DNA from: an uncultured Solirubrobacteraceae bacterium
GTDB taxonomy: Bacteria; Actinomycetota; Thermoleophilia; Solirubrobacterales; Solirubrobacteraceae
DNA: 64,000 nt
Direction of reading: 5' to 3'
Assembly: GCA_964588985.1 (NCBI GenBank)
Contig: CAZPQW010000008.1
Location: 1 to 64,000, forward strand
Positions 54,811 to 63,635 of the stretch are shown here, one piece after another; position 1 is the first letter of the stretch, and every line of letters begins with the position of its first letter. A program made the translations under genes and the position numbers. The notes beneath the pieces are model-generated. The model was not told the origin of the DNA and made no database searches. It saw only the letters and a list, made by a program, of their open reading frames with translations.

Positions 54811-56559
54811 TCACGTGGATCGTCTACACAGGAGCCTGAATTTCGGCCAGGGCAGCGCGTTCGCCACTGCATCGGTGTTCAACCACGCCCGTCGCGCCGT
54901 AGCGACCCCCCAGCGCATGTTCGTCAGCGTAGCCGTCCGGTGCGCATCGGAGTCGATCACGATTCGAACGCCGGCCCGATGAGCGGCCTGAGCATGCACA
55001 TCGGACAAATCGCGCCGATCCGGATTCCCATTGATCTCTAGCGTCGTCCCAGTCCGCGCGGCCGCAGCAAACATAGTCTCAAGATCAACTGCGTAAGGCG
55101 CGCGCCGCCCGATCAGTCTCCCAGTCGGATGCCCGATCGTATCGACAAGCGGATGCTCAATCGCGGCTACTATCCGCTCAGTCATGGCCTGCTCACCCAT
55201 CCCGAATGACGTATGCACACTGGCGATGACCCAGTCGAGCTGCGCGAGCAGCTCATCCTCATAATCGAGCGACCCGTCGGGCAGGATGTTAACCTCGCTC
55301 CCCGCCAGCAGCTCGATCCCCGCGATCCGCTCGTTCGCCTCGCGCACCAACTCGATCTGCCGCCGCAACTGCTCAGGCGAGACGTCGTTGCCGAACCCGT
55401 GGCTGGCCGAGTGGTCGGTGATGGCGAGGTACTCGTATCCTCGCTCTCGAGCAGCAAGCGCCATCTCCTCGATCGTGTTGTGCCCATCGGAGGCGATGGT
55501 GTGGCAGTGCAGATCTCCGCGGATGTCCCCGAGCTCGATCAGTCTCGGCAGTCCGTTCGGCGACGAGGCCGCCTCCAGCTCGCCCCGGTTCTCCCGCAGC
55601 TCCGGCGGGATGTAGGCAAGCCCGAGCCGCGCATAGACCTCCGCCTCGCTCGTGTACGCGCCGGAGACCCCGGTGGCATCGTCGAGAACGCCGTACTCGG
55701 ACACATGCAGCCCACGCCTCACCGCCGCCTCCCGCAGCGCGGCGTTGTGCGCCCCCGAGCCGGTGAAGTGCTGCAGCAGGTTGCCGAGCTGTGCCGGCTT
55801 GGCGATCCGCAGGTCGATCCCGACCCCCGAGTGCGTGCGTGCCTTGGCCCCTGCCTTGCCGGCGGAGCTGACGCTCTCGATCTCCTCCAGCTTCGCCAGA
55901 CTCTTGGCGAGCGCCGTGGGACGCGTGGTCGCGGCGACGAGGTCGATGTCCTTGACGCTGTCGGCCTGCCGGCGCGCGGAGCCGGCGAGCTGCACGTACG
56001 TGCCCTCCCCGCCCAGCTCCAGCAGCCCCGCAACAAGCGCCTCGCCGATCTCGATCGCCCGCGGCAAGAGGATCCGCTGAGCTCCGGCGCCCGCCGGCCG
56101 TGCGTCCATCTCCGCGAGCGCGGCGAGGACCCCTTCCTCGAACTTGGCGCCCAGCCCGCGAACGGTCCGCAGCCGCTGCGCCAGGGCGGCCTCGCGCAGC
56201 GCCTGCGGCGAGTCGATCCCCAGCTCGGCGTGCAGCAGCCGGGCTCGCTTGGGGCCGAGCCCCGGCAGCCTGGTGATCGCGACGAGGCCGGCGGGGAACT
56301 TGGCGCGCAGCCGCTCGGCCGAGGGGATGGCGCCGGTCTGCGCGAGCGTGAGGATCTTCTCCTGCAGGGTCTTGCCGATGCCAGGCAGCTCGGTGGCTCG
56401 CCCCGCACGCGCGAGCGCGGCGACCGACACCGAGGCCTCACGCACGGCTTTGGCGGCGGTCCGGTACGCCACGACGCGGTGGACGATGGCGCCGTCGAGC
56501 TCGTAGAGATCGCCCAGCTCTTCGAAGGCATCCGCGATGACGGCGTTCGACGGGTCCAC
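54811..56559 (-). CDS. polX: DNA polymerase/3'-5' exonuclease PolX with PHP domain
   Basis: LPGIGK, PGLGPKR, AGSARR....KDID, HFTGSGAHN, GDLHCHT..SDG, AITDHS, GHPTGR, DSDAH. Confidence 0.92.
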   Translation of the reverse strand: MDPSNAVIADAFEELGDLYELDGAIVHRVVAYRTAAKAVREASVSVAALARAGRATELPGIGKTLQEKILTLAQTGAIPSAERLRAKFPAGLVAITRLPGLGPKRARLLHAELGIDSPQALREAALAQRLRTVRGLGAKFEEGVLAALAEMDARPAGAGAQRILLPRAIEIGEALVAGLLELGGEGTYVQLAGSARRQADSVKDIDLVAATTRPTALAKSLAKLEEIESVSSAGKAGAKARTHSGVGIDLRIAKPAQLGNLLQHFTGSGAHNAALREAAVRRGLHVSEYGVLDDATGVSGAYTSEAEVYARLGLAYIPPELRENRGELEAASSPNGLPRLIELGDIRGDLHCHTIASDGHNTIEEMALAARERGYEYLAITDHSASHGFGNDVSPEQLRRQIELVREANERIAGIELLAGSEVNILPDGSLDYEDELLAQLDWVIASVHTSFGMGEQAMTERIVAAIEHPLVDTIGHPTGRLIGRRAPYAVDLETMFAAAARTGTTLEINGNPDRRDLSDVHAQAAHRAGVRIVIDSDAHRTATLTNMRWGVATARRAWLNTDAVANALPWPKFRLLCRRST

Positions 56560-56580
56560 TCCTCTAGGGTACGCGGACGA

Positions 56581-57300
56581 ATGTCTGGGGCGCCCTGGCT
56601 GATACTGCCCACCTACAACGAGGCTGAGAACGTGAAGGCGATCCTCGCCGCCGCCGGCGAGGTGCTCGCGAGCGCGGCTCCGGACGGCTTTCGCGTGCTG
56701 GTGGTCGACGACGGCTCGCCTGACGGCACGGGTCGGCTGGCGGATGAGATGGCGGCGGAGCACGAGTGGGTTCAGGTGCTCCACCGCACGGAGAAGAACG
56801 GCATCGGCCCCGCCTACCTGGCGGGCTTCCGTCACGCGCTCGACCAGGGCGCCGGCTACGTGATGGAGATGGACTCGGACTTCTCCCACGACCCGGCCGA
56901 CCTGGCGCGGCTGCTTGAGGCGGTCCGCGACGGCGCCGACCTGGCGCTCGGCTCGCGCTACGTCCCGGGCGGAGGGGTGACCGACTGGGGGCTCTTGCGA
57001 CGCTTCATCAGCGAGGGCGGCTCCACCTACGCGCGGCTCGTGCTCGGCCTGAAGGTGCGCGACCTGACGGGCGGCTTCAAGTGCTTCCGCCGCGAGGTAT
57101 TGGAGGCCATCCACTTCGACGGCGTGCGCTCGCAGGGCTACGCGTTCCAGGTCGAGCTGACCTATCGCGCGGTCCAGGCCGGCTTCAAGGTCGTCGAGGT
57201 GCCGATCGTGTTTCGCGACCGCCAGCAGGGGACAAGCAAGATGTCCTGGCGCATCGCCGCCGAGGCGATGTGGCTGGTTCCGCTTCTGCGCTTCAGGTAG
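56581..57300 (+). CDS. ppm1: Polyprenol monophosphomannose synthase (GT2)
   Basis: LPTYNEAEN, VDDGSPDGTG, EMDSDFSHDP, GSRYVPGG, DLTGGFKCFR, GYAFQVE. Confidence 0.88.
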   Translation: MSGAPWLILPTYNEAENVKAILAAAGEVLASAAPDGFRVLVVDDGSPDGTGRLADEMAAEHEWVQVLHRTEKNGIGPAYLAGFRHALDQGAGYVMEMDSDFSHDPADLARLLEAVRDGADLALGSRYVPGGGVTDWGLLRRFISEGGSTYARLVLGLKVRDLTGGFKCFRREVLEAIHFDGVRSQGYAFQVELTYRAVQAGFKVVEVPIVFRDRQQGTSKMSWRIAAEAMWLVPLLRFR

Positions 57301-57326
57301 CCGCGCAGCAGGCCGATGTCGAACAC

Positions 57327-58076
57327 ATGGATGCGTCCGCATACGCGTTCGCCCACGGCGTGCGGCATACGCGCGCGACGCTCCGTGCGTGGCAGGAGCA
57401 GCCCGGCCGGGTGGTCGGTCGCTGGGTGGCGGGCTCGGCCGCTGCGTCCGCAGGCCTGCTCGTCGCGGTGCTCGTCATCGCCTCGCTCGATCACGGCTAC
57501 CAGCAGATCGTCAGTCTGCAGCCGCCGTTCGGTCAGGGCGACGTCGGAGACGTGCTGCACGTGCTGCGCAGCAACATGCTCGTGCTGGCCCTGCACGCGA
57601 TGGCGTGCGTGGCGGGGTTCATCGCCGGCAGCTCGCTGCCTCTGCAGGCCGAGCGCCACAGCGGCGTATCGCGCTGGGTCCACGAACACGGCGGGCGGAT
57701 CGCGATCGCGTTCGTCGCCTGCGCGACGACGTTCTCGCTGAGCGCGCAGGCGTATCTCATCGGGCACTCGCTCGCGGGAGTGTCGGGCTTCCTCGAAGTC
57801 TCGCCGGGGCTACTCCTGCTGGGCGTGCTGCCGCACGCGATCCCCGAGCTGATCGCGCTGTTCCTGCCGCTGGCGGCGTGGATCATCGCGAGCCGTCGCG
57901 GGGAGTGGGAGCAGCTGCTGGCGGCGACGGTCGTGACGGTGGCGCTGGCCGTGCCTGTGCTCGTCGTGGCCGCATTCGTAGAGGTCTACGTCTCGCCGCA
58001 CCTCTTCGCGGCTCTGACCCACATCCACCCGCCGATCGTGCGCCAATCCGAAGGGTGGACCGTCATCGTGCGCTAG
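57327..58076 (+). CDS. SpoIIM (DUF95)-like membrane protein
   Basis: N.LV, LPHAIPEL.A and AAFVE.YVSP motifs; multiple TM segments. Confidence 0.75.
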   Translation: MDASAYAFAHGVRHTRATLRAWQEQPGRVVGRWVAGSAAASAGLLVAVLVIASLDHGYQQIVSLQPPFGQGDVGDVLHVLRSNMLVLALHAMACVAGFIAGSSLPLQAERHSGVSRWVHEHGGRIAIAFVACATTFSLSAQAYLIGHSLAGVSGFLEVSPGLLLLGVLPHAIPELIALFLPLAAWIIASRRGEWEQLLAATVVTVALAVPVLVVAAFVEVYVSPHLFAALTHIHPPIVRQSEGWTVIVR

Positions 58077-58093
58077 GTCGCAAACGCTGGTAG

Positions 58094-58132
58094 GAAACTG
58101 CGCTTGCACGATACCGTCCGCGAGCATATAAT
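58094..58132 (+). promoter_or_regulatory. Sigma70-type promoter with GAAACT element
   Basis: GAAACTGCGC-TTGCAC-N17-TATAAT. Confidence 0.75.
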
Positions 58133-58186
58133 TCTAGCTAAGGAGTCGTTTCGCATAGTTGGTTCCCTAAGGGGTGTCCTGGCCTG

Positions 58187-58231
58187 ATGATCGACGCTAC
58201 TCCGAGTGGGCGCTTACAAGTCCAATCGTAA
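58187..58231 (+). other. Leader ORF MIDATPSGR[TTA]QVQS*
   Basis: In-frame TTA at 58214; TAA abuts the RBS. Confidence 0.45.
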
Positions 58232-58248
58232 AGGAGTGGTTGAGGCAC

Positions 58249-58875
58249 ATGAGACATGTAACAACGACAGCCACGGGTCTGATGGCCCTTGTGATGATGC
58301 TGGTGCTCGGGGTGTTCTCCGCCGGGTCGGCGTCGGCGCACTTATTTTTATACACAGGACCATTACCGGTCTTACTTTTACTCTTAAGTGACAATGCGCA
58401 GATCTTCAACCCTGCAGAGGGTAATGAAGGTACTAGCATTAGCTGCCCGCATTTCCGTGGCCACATACTATTCGCTGGTGGCACGATGTGGGGGTTAACG
58501 GCCAAAGTAACTGGCGAATATCCTGGAAAGTGCAAAGGATTCATCGGCGCCAAAGCAACCGTCTCACCGGTTGAATACGAAATCAATGCCGATGGCACGA
58601 TATCGGTTCTCAAAACCATTACGATCACGATCGGTAGTCCGTGGATCTGCAGTCTCTTAGTCGATCCGGTCGCCGCGAATCAGAATCTCTCGGGCCTCTT
58701 ATTCTTAAAAGATCCTCTGGCCCCGAGCTTAGCCCTATTAGTGCACGCTGCGGTTGGAGGCATCCACTCATTAGGCACAAACGGGGAATGTGCTGAAGCA
58801 GGAGAACATCCTGCAGGTACCTATTTCGGCTTAATCTTAGTATGGGCTCATGGGGGCACCGTTTCATGGGAGTAG
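58249..58875 (+). CDS. TTA-rich secreted protein, paralogue 4
   Basis: Homologous to paralogues 1-3; 15 TTA codons. Confidence 0.9.
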   Translation: MRHVTTTATGLMALVMMLVLGVFSAGSASAHLFLYTGPLPVLLLLLSDNAQIFNPAEGNEGTSISCPHFRGHILFAGGTMWGLTAKVTGEYPGKCKGFIGAKATVSPVEYEINADGTISVLKTITITIGSPWICSLLVDPVAANQNLSGLLFLKDPLAPSLALLVHAAVGGIHSLGTNGECAEAGEHPAGTYFGLILVWAHGGTVSWE

Positions 58876-58882
58876 TGGCGCA

Positions 58883-58915
58883 GGGTGGGAGTTGGCTGGT
58901 GTCTGGCTCCCGCCC
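58883..58915 (+). terminator. Conserved hairpin downstream of paralogue 4
   Basis: GGGTGGGAGTTGG...CTGGCTCCCGCCC. Confidence 0.6.
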
Positions 58916-59049
58916 ACCGTCCCGTCGCCCTCGCCACCCCGACCACGCGCGAGCCCAGCCTTCTGGGTAGCGCCACCCTGGACCGTCCTGGCCACCCCAG
59001 ACCGCCCCTTTACTTTGTATAGTGGATGGCAAGCAACCAAGGAGACCCC

Positions 59050-59382
59050 ATGGCAGGCACCCTGACGCAAGTCACCGACACCAACTTCGACGCGGAGGTC
59101 ATCGAGGCCGAGGGCCCCGTGCTCGTCGACTTCTGGGCGCCGTGGTGCGGCCCGTGCCGCGTCGTGGCCCCCGTGCTCGAGGAGATCGCTTCCGAGCGCC
59201 CCGAGCTGCGGATCGTGAAGCTCGACATCGACGAGAACCCGCAGACCGCCGCCCGCTTCCAGGTGCTCTCGATCCCGACGATGATCCTCTTCAAGGGCGG
59301 CCAGCCCGTCAAGACCGTGATCGGCGCCTACCCCAAGAAGAAGCTCGAGCAGGAGCTGGAGCCCTCACTAGCCGCGGCGTAG
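59050..59382 (+). CDS. trxA: Thioredoxin
   Basis: VLVDFWAPWCGPCR, SIPT; AGGAG RBS. Confidence 0.95.
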   Translation: MAGTLTQVTDTNFDAEVIEAEGPVLVDFWAPWCGPCRVVAPVLEEIASERPELRIVKLDIDENPQTAARFQVLSIPTMILFKGGQPVKTVIGAYPKKKLEQELEPSLAAA

Positions 59383-62300
59383 GCCGATGCTCAGGGGCAG
59401 GCCGTCGATCTCGGCTTGCCCCGTGAGGCTCTCGGCGCCGGCGTCCCCGTCCCCAAAGCTGAGCTCGACCGCGAGCGTCTCGCCCATCAGGTAGTCGCGG
59501 TGCGCTCGCGCCGCCTCCAGCAGCTCTTCGGCTCCGCCCAGCGTCAGCTCGATCCGATCCTCCACCTGCAGGCCCGCCGTCTTACGCGCGTTCTGCACCG
59601 CATGCACGATCTCGCGCGCGAGACCCTCGCGTCGCAGCTCCTCGTCGATCGCGAGATCGAGCGCGACCGCGTGGGCGCCTTCGCGCTCGACGCTGTAGCC
59701 GTCGGGGGCGCGCATCGTGAGCAGCAGGTCCTCGGCTGAGAGGGTGTGCTCGCGGCCATTCACCGAGATCCCCACCTCCTCGCCCGCGCGGATCGCCGCC
59801 GCAACGTGCGCGGGATCGAGCGCCGCGATCGCCTCCGCCGCTAGCGGCATGTCCTTCCCGAACAGCGGCCCCAAAGTGCGGTAGTTGGCCTTCACCTCGT
59901 AGCTGCCCAGCTCCTCCGCGCCGGCCACGAAGCGAACGCGCCTCACGTTCAGCTCCTCGCGCACCACGTCCGCCAGCCGCTCGATCGCCGCGCGCTCTCG
60001 CCCCTCCGCCACCACCGCGGCCTCGCCCAGCGGCTGGCGCACCTTGATCTTCGCCTTCCCGCGCGCGCCCAGGCCGAGGCGCACCGTCTCGCGCGCGAGC
60101 GCCATCGCCTGCTCCAGCTCCTCGTCGCGCTCACCCACGTCCGCAGCGCTGGGGAAGTCGCACAGGTGGACGCTCGCGAGCGTGCCGTCGAGGTTGTCGT
60201 AGATCTCATCCGCCACGAACGGGCAGAAGGGGGCGAGCATCTTCGAGATCGCCAGCAGACACGCGCGCAGCGTCGCGAACGCCGCCGGGTCGCCGTCCCA
60301 GAAGCGCCGCCGCGAGCGGCGCACGTACCAGTTGGAGAGATCGTCCACCAGGGCCGCGATCGCGCGGCCCGCGGTCGTCGCGTCATACGCGTCCAGGCGC
60401 TCGGCCACCAGCTCCGCGGTGCTCGCCGTGCGCGACAGCGCCCAGCGGTCGAGGTCGCCCTCCGGCGGCGTGTCCGCCAGTGCCTGCGCGAGCTCTTCGC
60501 CCGACGCGTTGGCGTAGAGGACGTAGAAGTAGTACGTCGACCACAGCTGCTTGAGGAACAGGCGCACGCCCTCGCCGATGGTCTCCGCCGAGAAGCGGTA
60601 GCCGTCCCACGGCTGCTTGGAGGTGAAGAAGTACCAGCGCAGCGCGTCCGCGCCGTAGGCGTCGAGCACCTGCCACGGCTCGACCGTGTTGCCTTTCGAC
60701 TTCGACATCTTCTGCCCGTCCTCGTCCAGGATCAAGCCGAGGCACACGACGTTCCTGTAGGGAGCCGGCTTCTCCAGGAGCGTCGCCACCGCCAGCAGCG
60801 AGTAGAACCAGCCGCGCGTCTGGTCCTGCGCCTCGCAGATGAAGTCCGCCGGGAAGCGAGACTCGAACACGTCCTGGTTCTCGAACGGGAAGTGGTGCTG
60901 GGCAAACGGCATCGCGCCCGAGTCGAACCACACGTCGATCACCTCCGGCACGCGCCTCATCGCCGCCCCGCACGCCGACCCATCCTCATCAAAATTCGGA
61001 CACGGGAATGAGACCTCGTCCACATACGGGCGGTGGTGGTCATCCAGCGGCGTCCCCGAGCGCTCGGCCAGCTCCTCGAACGAGCCGACCACGTGCACGT
61101 GCCCGCTCTCGCAGCGCCACACCGGCAGCGGCGTGCCCCAGTAGCGCTCGCGCGAGAGCGCCCAGTCGACGTTGTTCTTCAGCCAGTCCCCGAAGCGGCC
61201 GTGCTTGACGTGCGGCGGGTGCCAGCCCACCGTCTCGTTCGCCGCGAGCAGCTCGTCGCGCAGCTTCGACGTCGCGATGTACCAAGACGGTTTGGCGTAG
61301 TACAGCAGCGGCGTGCCGCAGCGCCAGCAGTGCGGGTAGGAGTGCTCGTACTCCTGCACCCGCAGCAGCAGCCCGCGGGCGTCCAGGTCCGCGATCAGCT
61401 CCTTCGTCAGAGCTGGGTCCTTGACGAAGTGGCCCTCGTAGGGCTCCCCGTCGCGGCTCAGCACACGCGCGTCATACGTACCGTCGGGGCGCACCGGGTT
61501 ATAGAGAGAGTCGGCCTGCGTCGGGTCGAACCCCACCCGCGGCGAGGCAGCCGACACGCGGTAGTCGTCCTCGCCGAAGGCCGGCGCCAGGTGCACGATG
61601 CCCGTGCCGTCCTGCGTCGTCACGAAGTCGTCAGCCAGGATCGGGAGGGGGCCGGGCGCACGGTCCTCGGCCGCGAAGATCGGGCCCTCGTAGGAGCCGT
61701 AGCGCTCCACCAGCTCCGTCCCCGAGAAGGACTCGAGCGCCTCCGTCGCCTCGCCCAGCACCGCCTCCATCCGCGCCTCCGCGAGCACGAACACCTCATC
61801 GCCCACGCGCACGCGTGTATAGGTGGCCGTCGGCGAGACCGCCACCGCCACGTTCCCCGGAAGCGTCCACGGCGTGGTCGTCCACACCAGCAGCCTCTCC
61901 GCGGGGGCTCCTGTAATCGGCAGCTTCAGGAACACGCTCGGGTCGACCACGTCCTTGTAACCAAGCGCCACCTCGTGCGAGGACAGAGTCGTCTCACAAC
62001 GCGGGCAGTAAGGCACGACCTTGTGTCCCTCGTACAGCAGCCCCCGCCGCTCGATCCGCGCGAGCGCCCACCACACCGACTCGATGTAGGTCTCATCCAG
62101 CGTCCGGTATGCGTTCTCCAGGTCGAGCCAGAAGCCGATCCGCTCCGTCAGCCGGTCCCACTCCTCAAGGAACGTGAACACCGACTCGCGGCACTTCGCG
62201 TTGAAGCGCTCGATGCCGTACTCCTCGATCTCCGACTTGGACGCGATCCCCAGCTCCTTTTCCACCGCGATCTCAACCGGCAGGCCGTGGCAGTCCCAGC

Positions 62301-62592
62301 CGCCCTTGCGCTCCACGCGCAGGCCGCGCATCGTCTGGAAGCGCGGGTAGATGTCCTTGAACACGCGCGAGAGCACGTGGTGGGAGCCCGGCGGCCCGTT
62401 CGCCGTGGGCGGGCCCTCGTAGAAGACCCACTGCTTCGCCTGCGCGCGCAACCGCAGCGACTCCGCGAACACGTCGCGCTCGCGCCAGCGCTCCAGCACC
62501 TCGAGCTCGAGGGCCGGAAAGGCCTGCGCGGGGTCGATCGCGCGAGCGGGGATCAGGGAGCGTTGTGGAGTGTCTGCCACGAGGCGGCTCAT
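59368..62592 (-). CDS. ileS: Isoleucyl-tRNA synthetase (type 2-like)
   Basis: FYEGPPTANG, GWDCHGLPVE, WTTTPWTLP, DWALSRERYWGTP, DQTRGWFY, KMSKS; start 62592 or 62580. Confidence 0.95.
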   Translation of the reverse strand: MSRLVADTPQRSLIPARAIDPAQAFPALELEVLERWRERDVFAESLRLRAQAKQWVFYEGPPTANGPPGSHHVLSRVFKDIYPRFQTMRGLRVERKGGWDCHGLPVEIAVEKELGIASKSEIEEYGIERFNAKCRESVFTFLEEWDRLTERIGFWLDLENAYRTLDETYIESVWWALARIERRGLLYEGHKVVPYCPRCETTLSSHEVALGYKDVVDPSVFLKLPITGAPAERLLVWTTTPWTLPGNVAVAVSPTATYTRVRVGDEVFVLAEARMEAVLGEATEALESFSGTELVERYGSYEGPIFAAEDRAPGPLPILADDFVTTQDGTGIVHLAPAFGEDDYRVSAASPRVGFDPTQADSLYNPVRPDGTYDARVLSRDGEPYEGHFVKDPALTKELIADLDARGLLLRVQEYEHSYPHCWRCGTPLLYYAKPSWYIATSKLRDELLAANETVGWHPPHVKHGRFGDWLKNNVDWALSRERYWGTPLPVWRCESGHVHVVGSFEELAERSGTPLDDHHRPYVDEVSFPCPNFDEDGSACGAAMRRVPEVIDVWFDSGAMPFAQHHFPFENQDVFESRFPADFICEAQDQTRGWFYSLLAVATLLEKPAPYRNVVCLGLILDEDGQKMSKSKGNTVEPWQVLDAYGADALRWYFFTSKQPWDGYRFSAETIGEGVRLFLKQLWSTYYFYVLYANASGEELAQALADTPPEGDLDRWALSRTASTAELVAERLDAYDATTAGRAIAALVDDLSNWYVRRSRRRFWDGDPAAFATLRACLLAISKMLAPFCPFVADEIYDNLDGTLASVHLCDFPSAADVGERDEELEQAMALARETVRLGLGARGKAKIKVRQPLGEAAVVAEGRERAAIERLADVVREELNVRRVRFVAGAEELGSYEVKANYRTLGPLFGKDMPLAAEAIAALDPAHVAAAIRAGEEVGISVNGREHTLSAEDLLLTMRAPDGYSVEREGAHAVALDLAIDEELRREGLAREIVHAVQNARKTAGLQVEDRIELTLGGAEELLEAARAHRDYLMGETLAVELSFGDGDAGAESLTGQAEIDGLPLSIGLRRG

Positions 62593-62762
62593 TCTCGCAG
62601 GCAGGCGCCGCGGGCGGCCATCGTCATGCGATCCGCCGCTGCAGTCGTCGGCGTATTTGGAGACACTCGCACGCGTGTAGGGGCAGGTGAGGCAAGCCTT
62701 CCGCAATTCAAGTCAGTGACTCAAAACGCGTTGTGTATCGTCGCTTCGATGGCAGGCACACG

Positions 62763-63635
62763 ATGCTAGACCGCGTCTCCATGCTGGTTAAGCCGTCGGC
62801 GCTCGCGGGCTTGGCGCGCCTCGACGACCCGTTCCTGAGCTACGTCCCGGACACGTTCGAGGTCAACTGGTCGGAGGGCCTGGAGCAGCTGCACGAGGAG
62901 AGCAGCCGCACGCACTTCATCGAGGTCTGGACCAGGCGCGCGATGCTCACGCGTCTCGGACCCCTTCGCGACGCTCCGACGGTGATCGACGTCGGCTGCT
63001 CCACCGGGCACCTGCTCGCGGATCTGAGCGTGCGCTTGCCCGACGCGACCCTGCTCGGGGTCGATCTCGTGGCCGCCGGCCTGCGCAAGGCGCACCGGCA
63101 GGTTCCCGACGCCCTGCTCCTGCAGGCGGATGTCTGCGCGCTGCCCCTGGAAGACGAATGCGTCGACGTCGCGCTGAGCGCGAACCTGCTCGAGCACGTG
63201 CCCGACGACCAGCGCGCGCTCGCGGAGATCGCGCGCATCCTCCGCCCCGGAGGTCGCGCGGTGATCGTCGTCCCGGTCAACCCCGGAAGCTACGACTGCT
63301 ACGACCGCCTGCTCGGCCACGAGCGTCGCTACGCGCGCGGCGAGCTCGCGCGCAAGGCCAGCGGGGCGGGGTTCGAGGTTCTGCAGGACATCCACCTCGG
63401 CGCCCCCCTGTTCCCCGCGTTCTGGGTGGTCAAGCAGCGCAATCGCATGCGCCACGAAGACCTGCGCGGTGACGCCCTCGAAGACAAGGTCAAGAGCGAC
63501 ATCGAGCGCACCGGCAACTCCGCGCTCGGCCATCTCGCCTGCAACCTCGAGGAGCTCCTGCTGCGATATGGAGTGAGGCTCCCGTTCGGGATCCGCGGGC
63601 TGACGGTGCTCGAACGCCCGCGAGGGGCGCCATGA
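62763..63635 (+). CDS. Class I SAM-dependent methyltransferase
   Basis: VIDVGCSTG, ADVCALP, NLLEHVPDD, RILRPGG, D..LGH.RRY. Confidence 0.85.
   Translation: MLDRVSMLVKPSALAGLARLDDPFLSYVPDTFEVNWSEGLEQLHEESSRTHFIEVWTRRAMLTRLGPLRDAPTVIDVGCSTGHLLADLSVRLPDATLLGVDLVAAGLRKAHRQVPDALLLQADVCALPLEDECVDVALSANLLEHVPDDQRALAEIARILRPGGRAVIVVPVNPGSYDCYDRLLGHERRYARGELARKASGAGFEVLQDIHLGAPLFPAFWVVKQRNRMRHEDLRGDALEDKVKSDIERTGNSALGHLACNLEELLLRYGVRLPFGIRGLTVLERPRGAP

Noticed and set aside
34015-58875. Diversity-generating retroelement behind the repeated genes
   Set aside because: No reverse transcriptase in the window, and differences between copies are not adenine-specific.
62593-62760. T-box riboswitch upstream of ileS
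   Set aside because: No GGTGGNACCGCG T-box motif on the minus strand; the short region is shared with a divergent gene.
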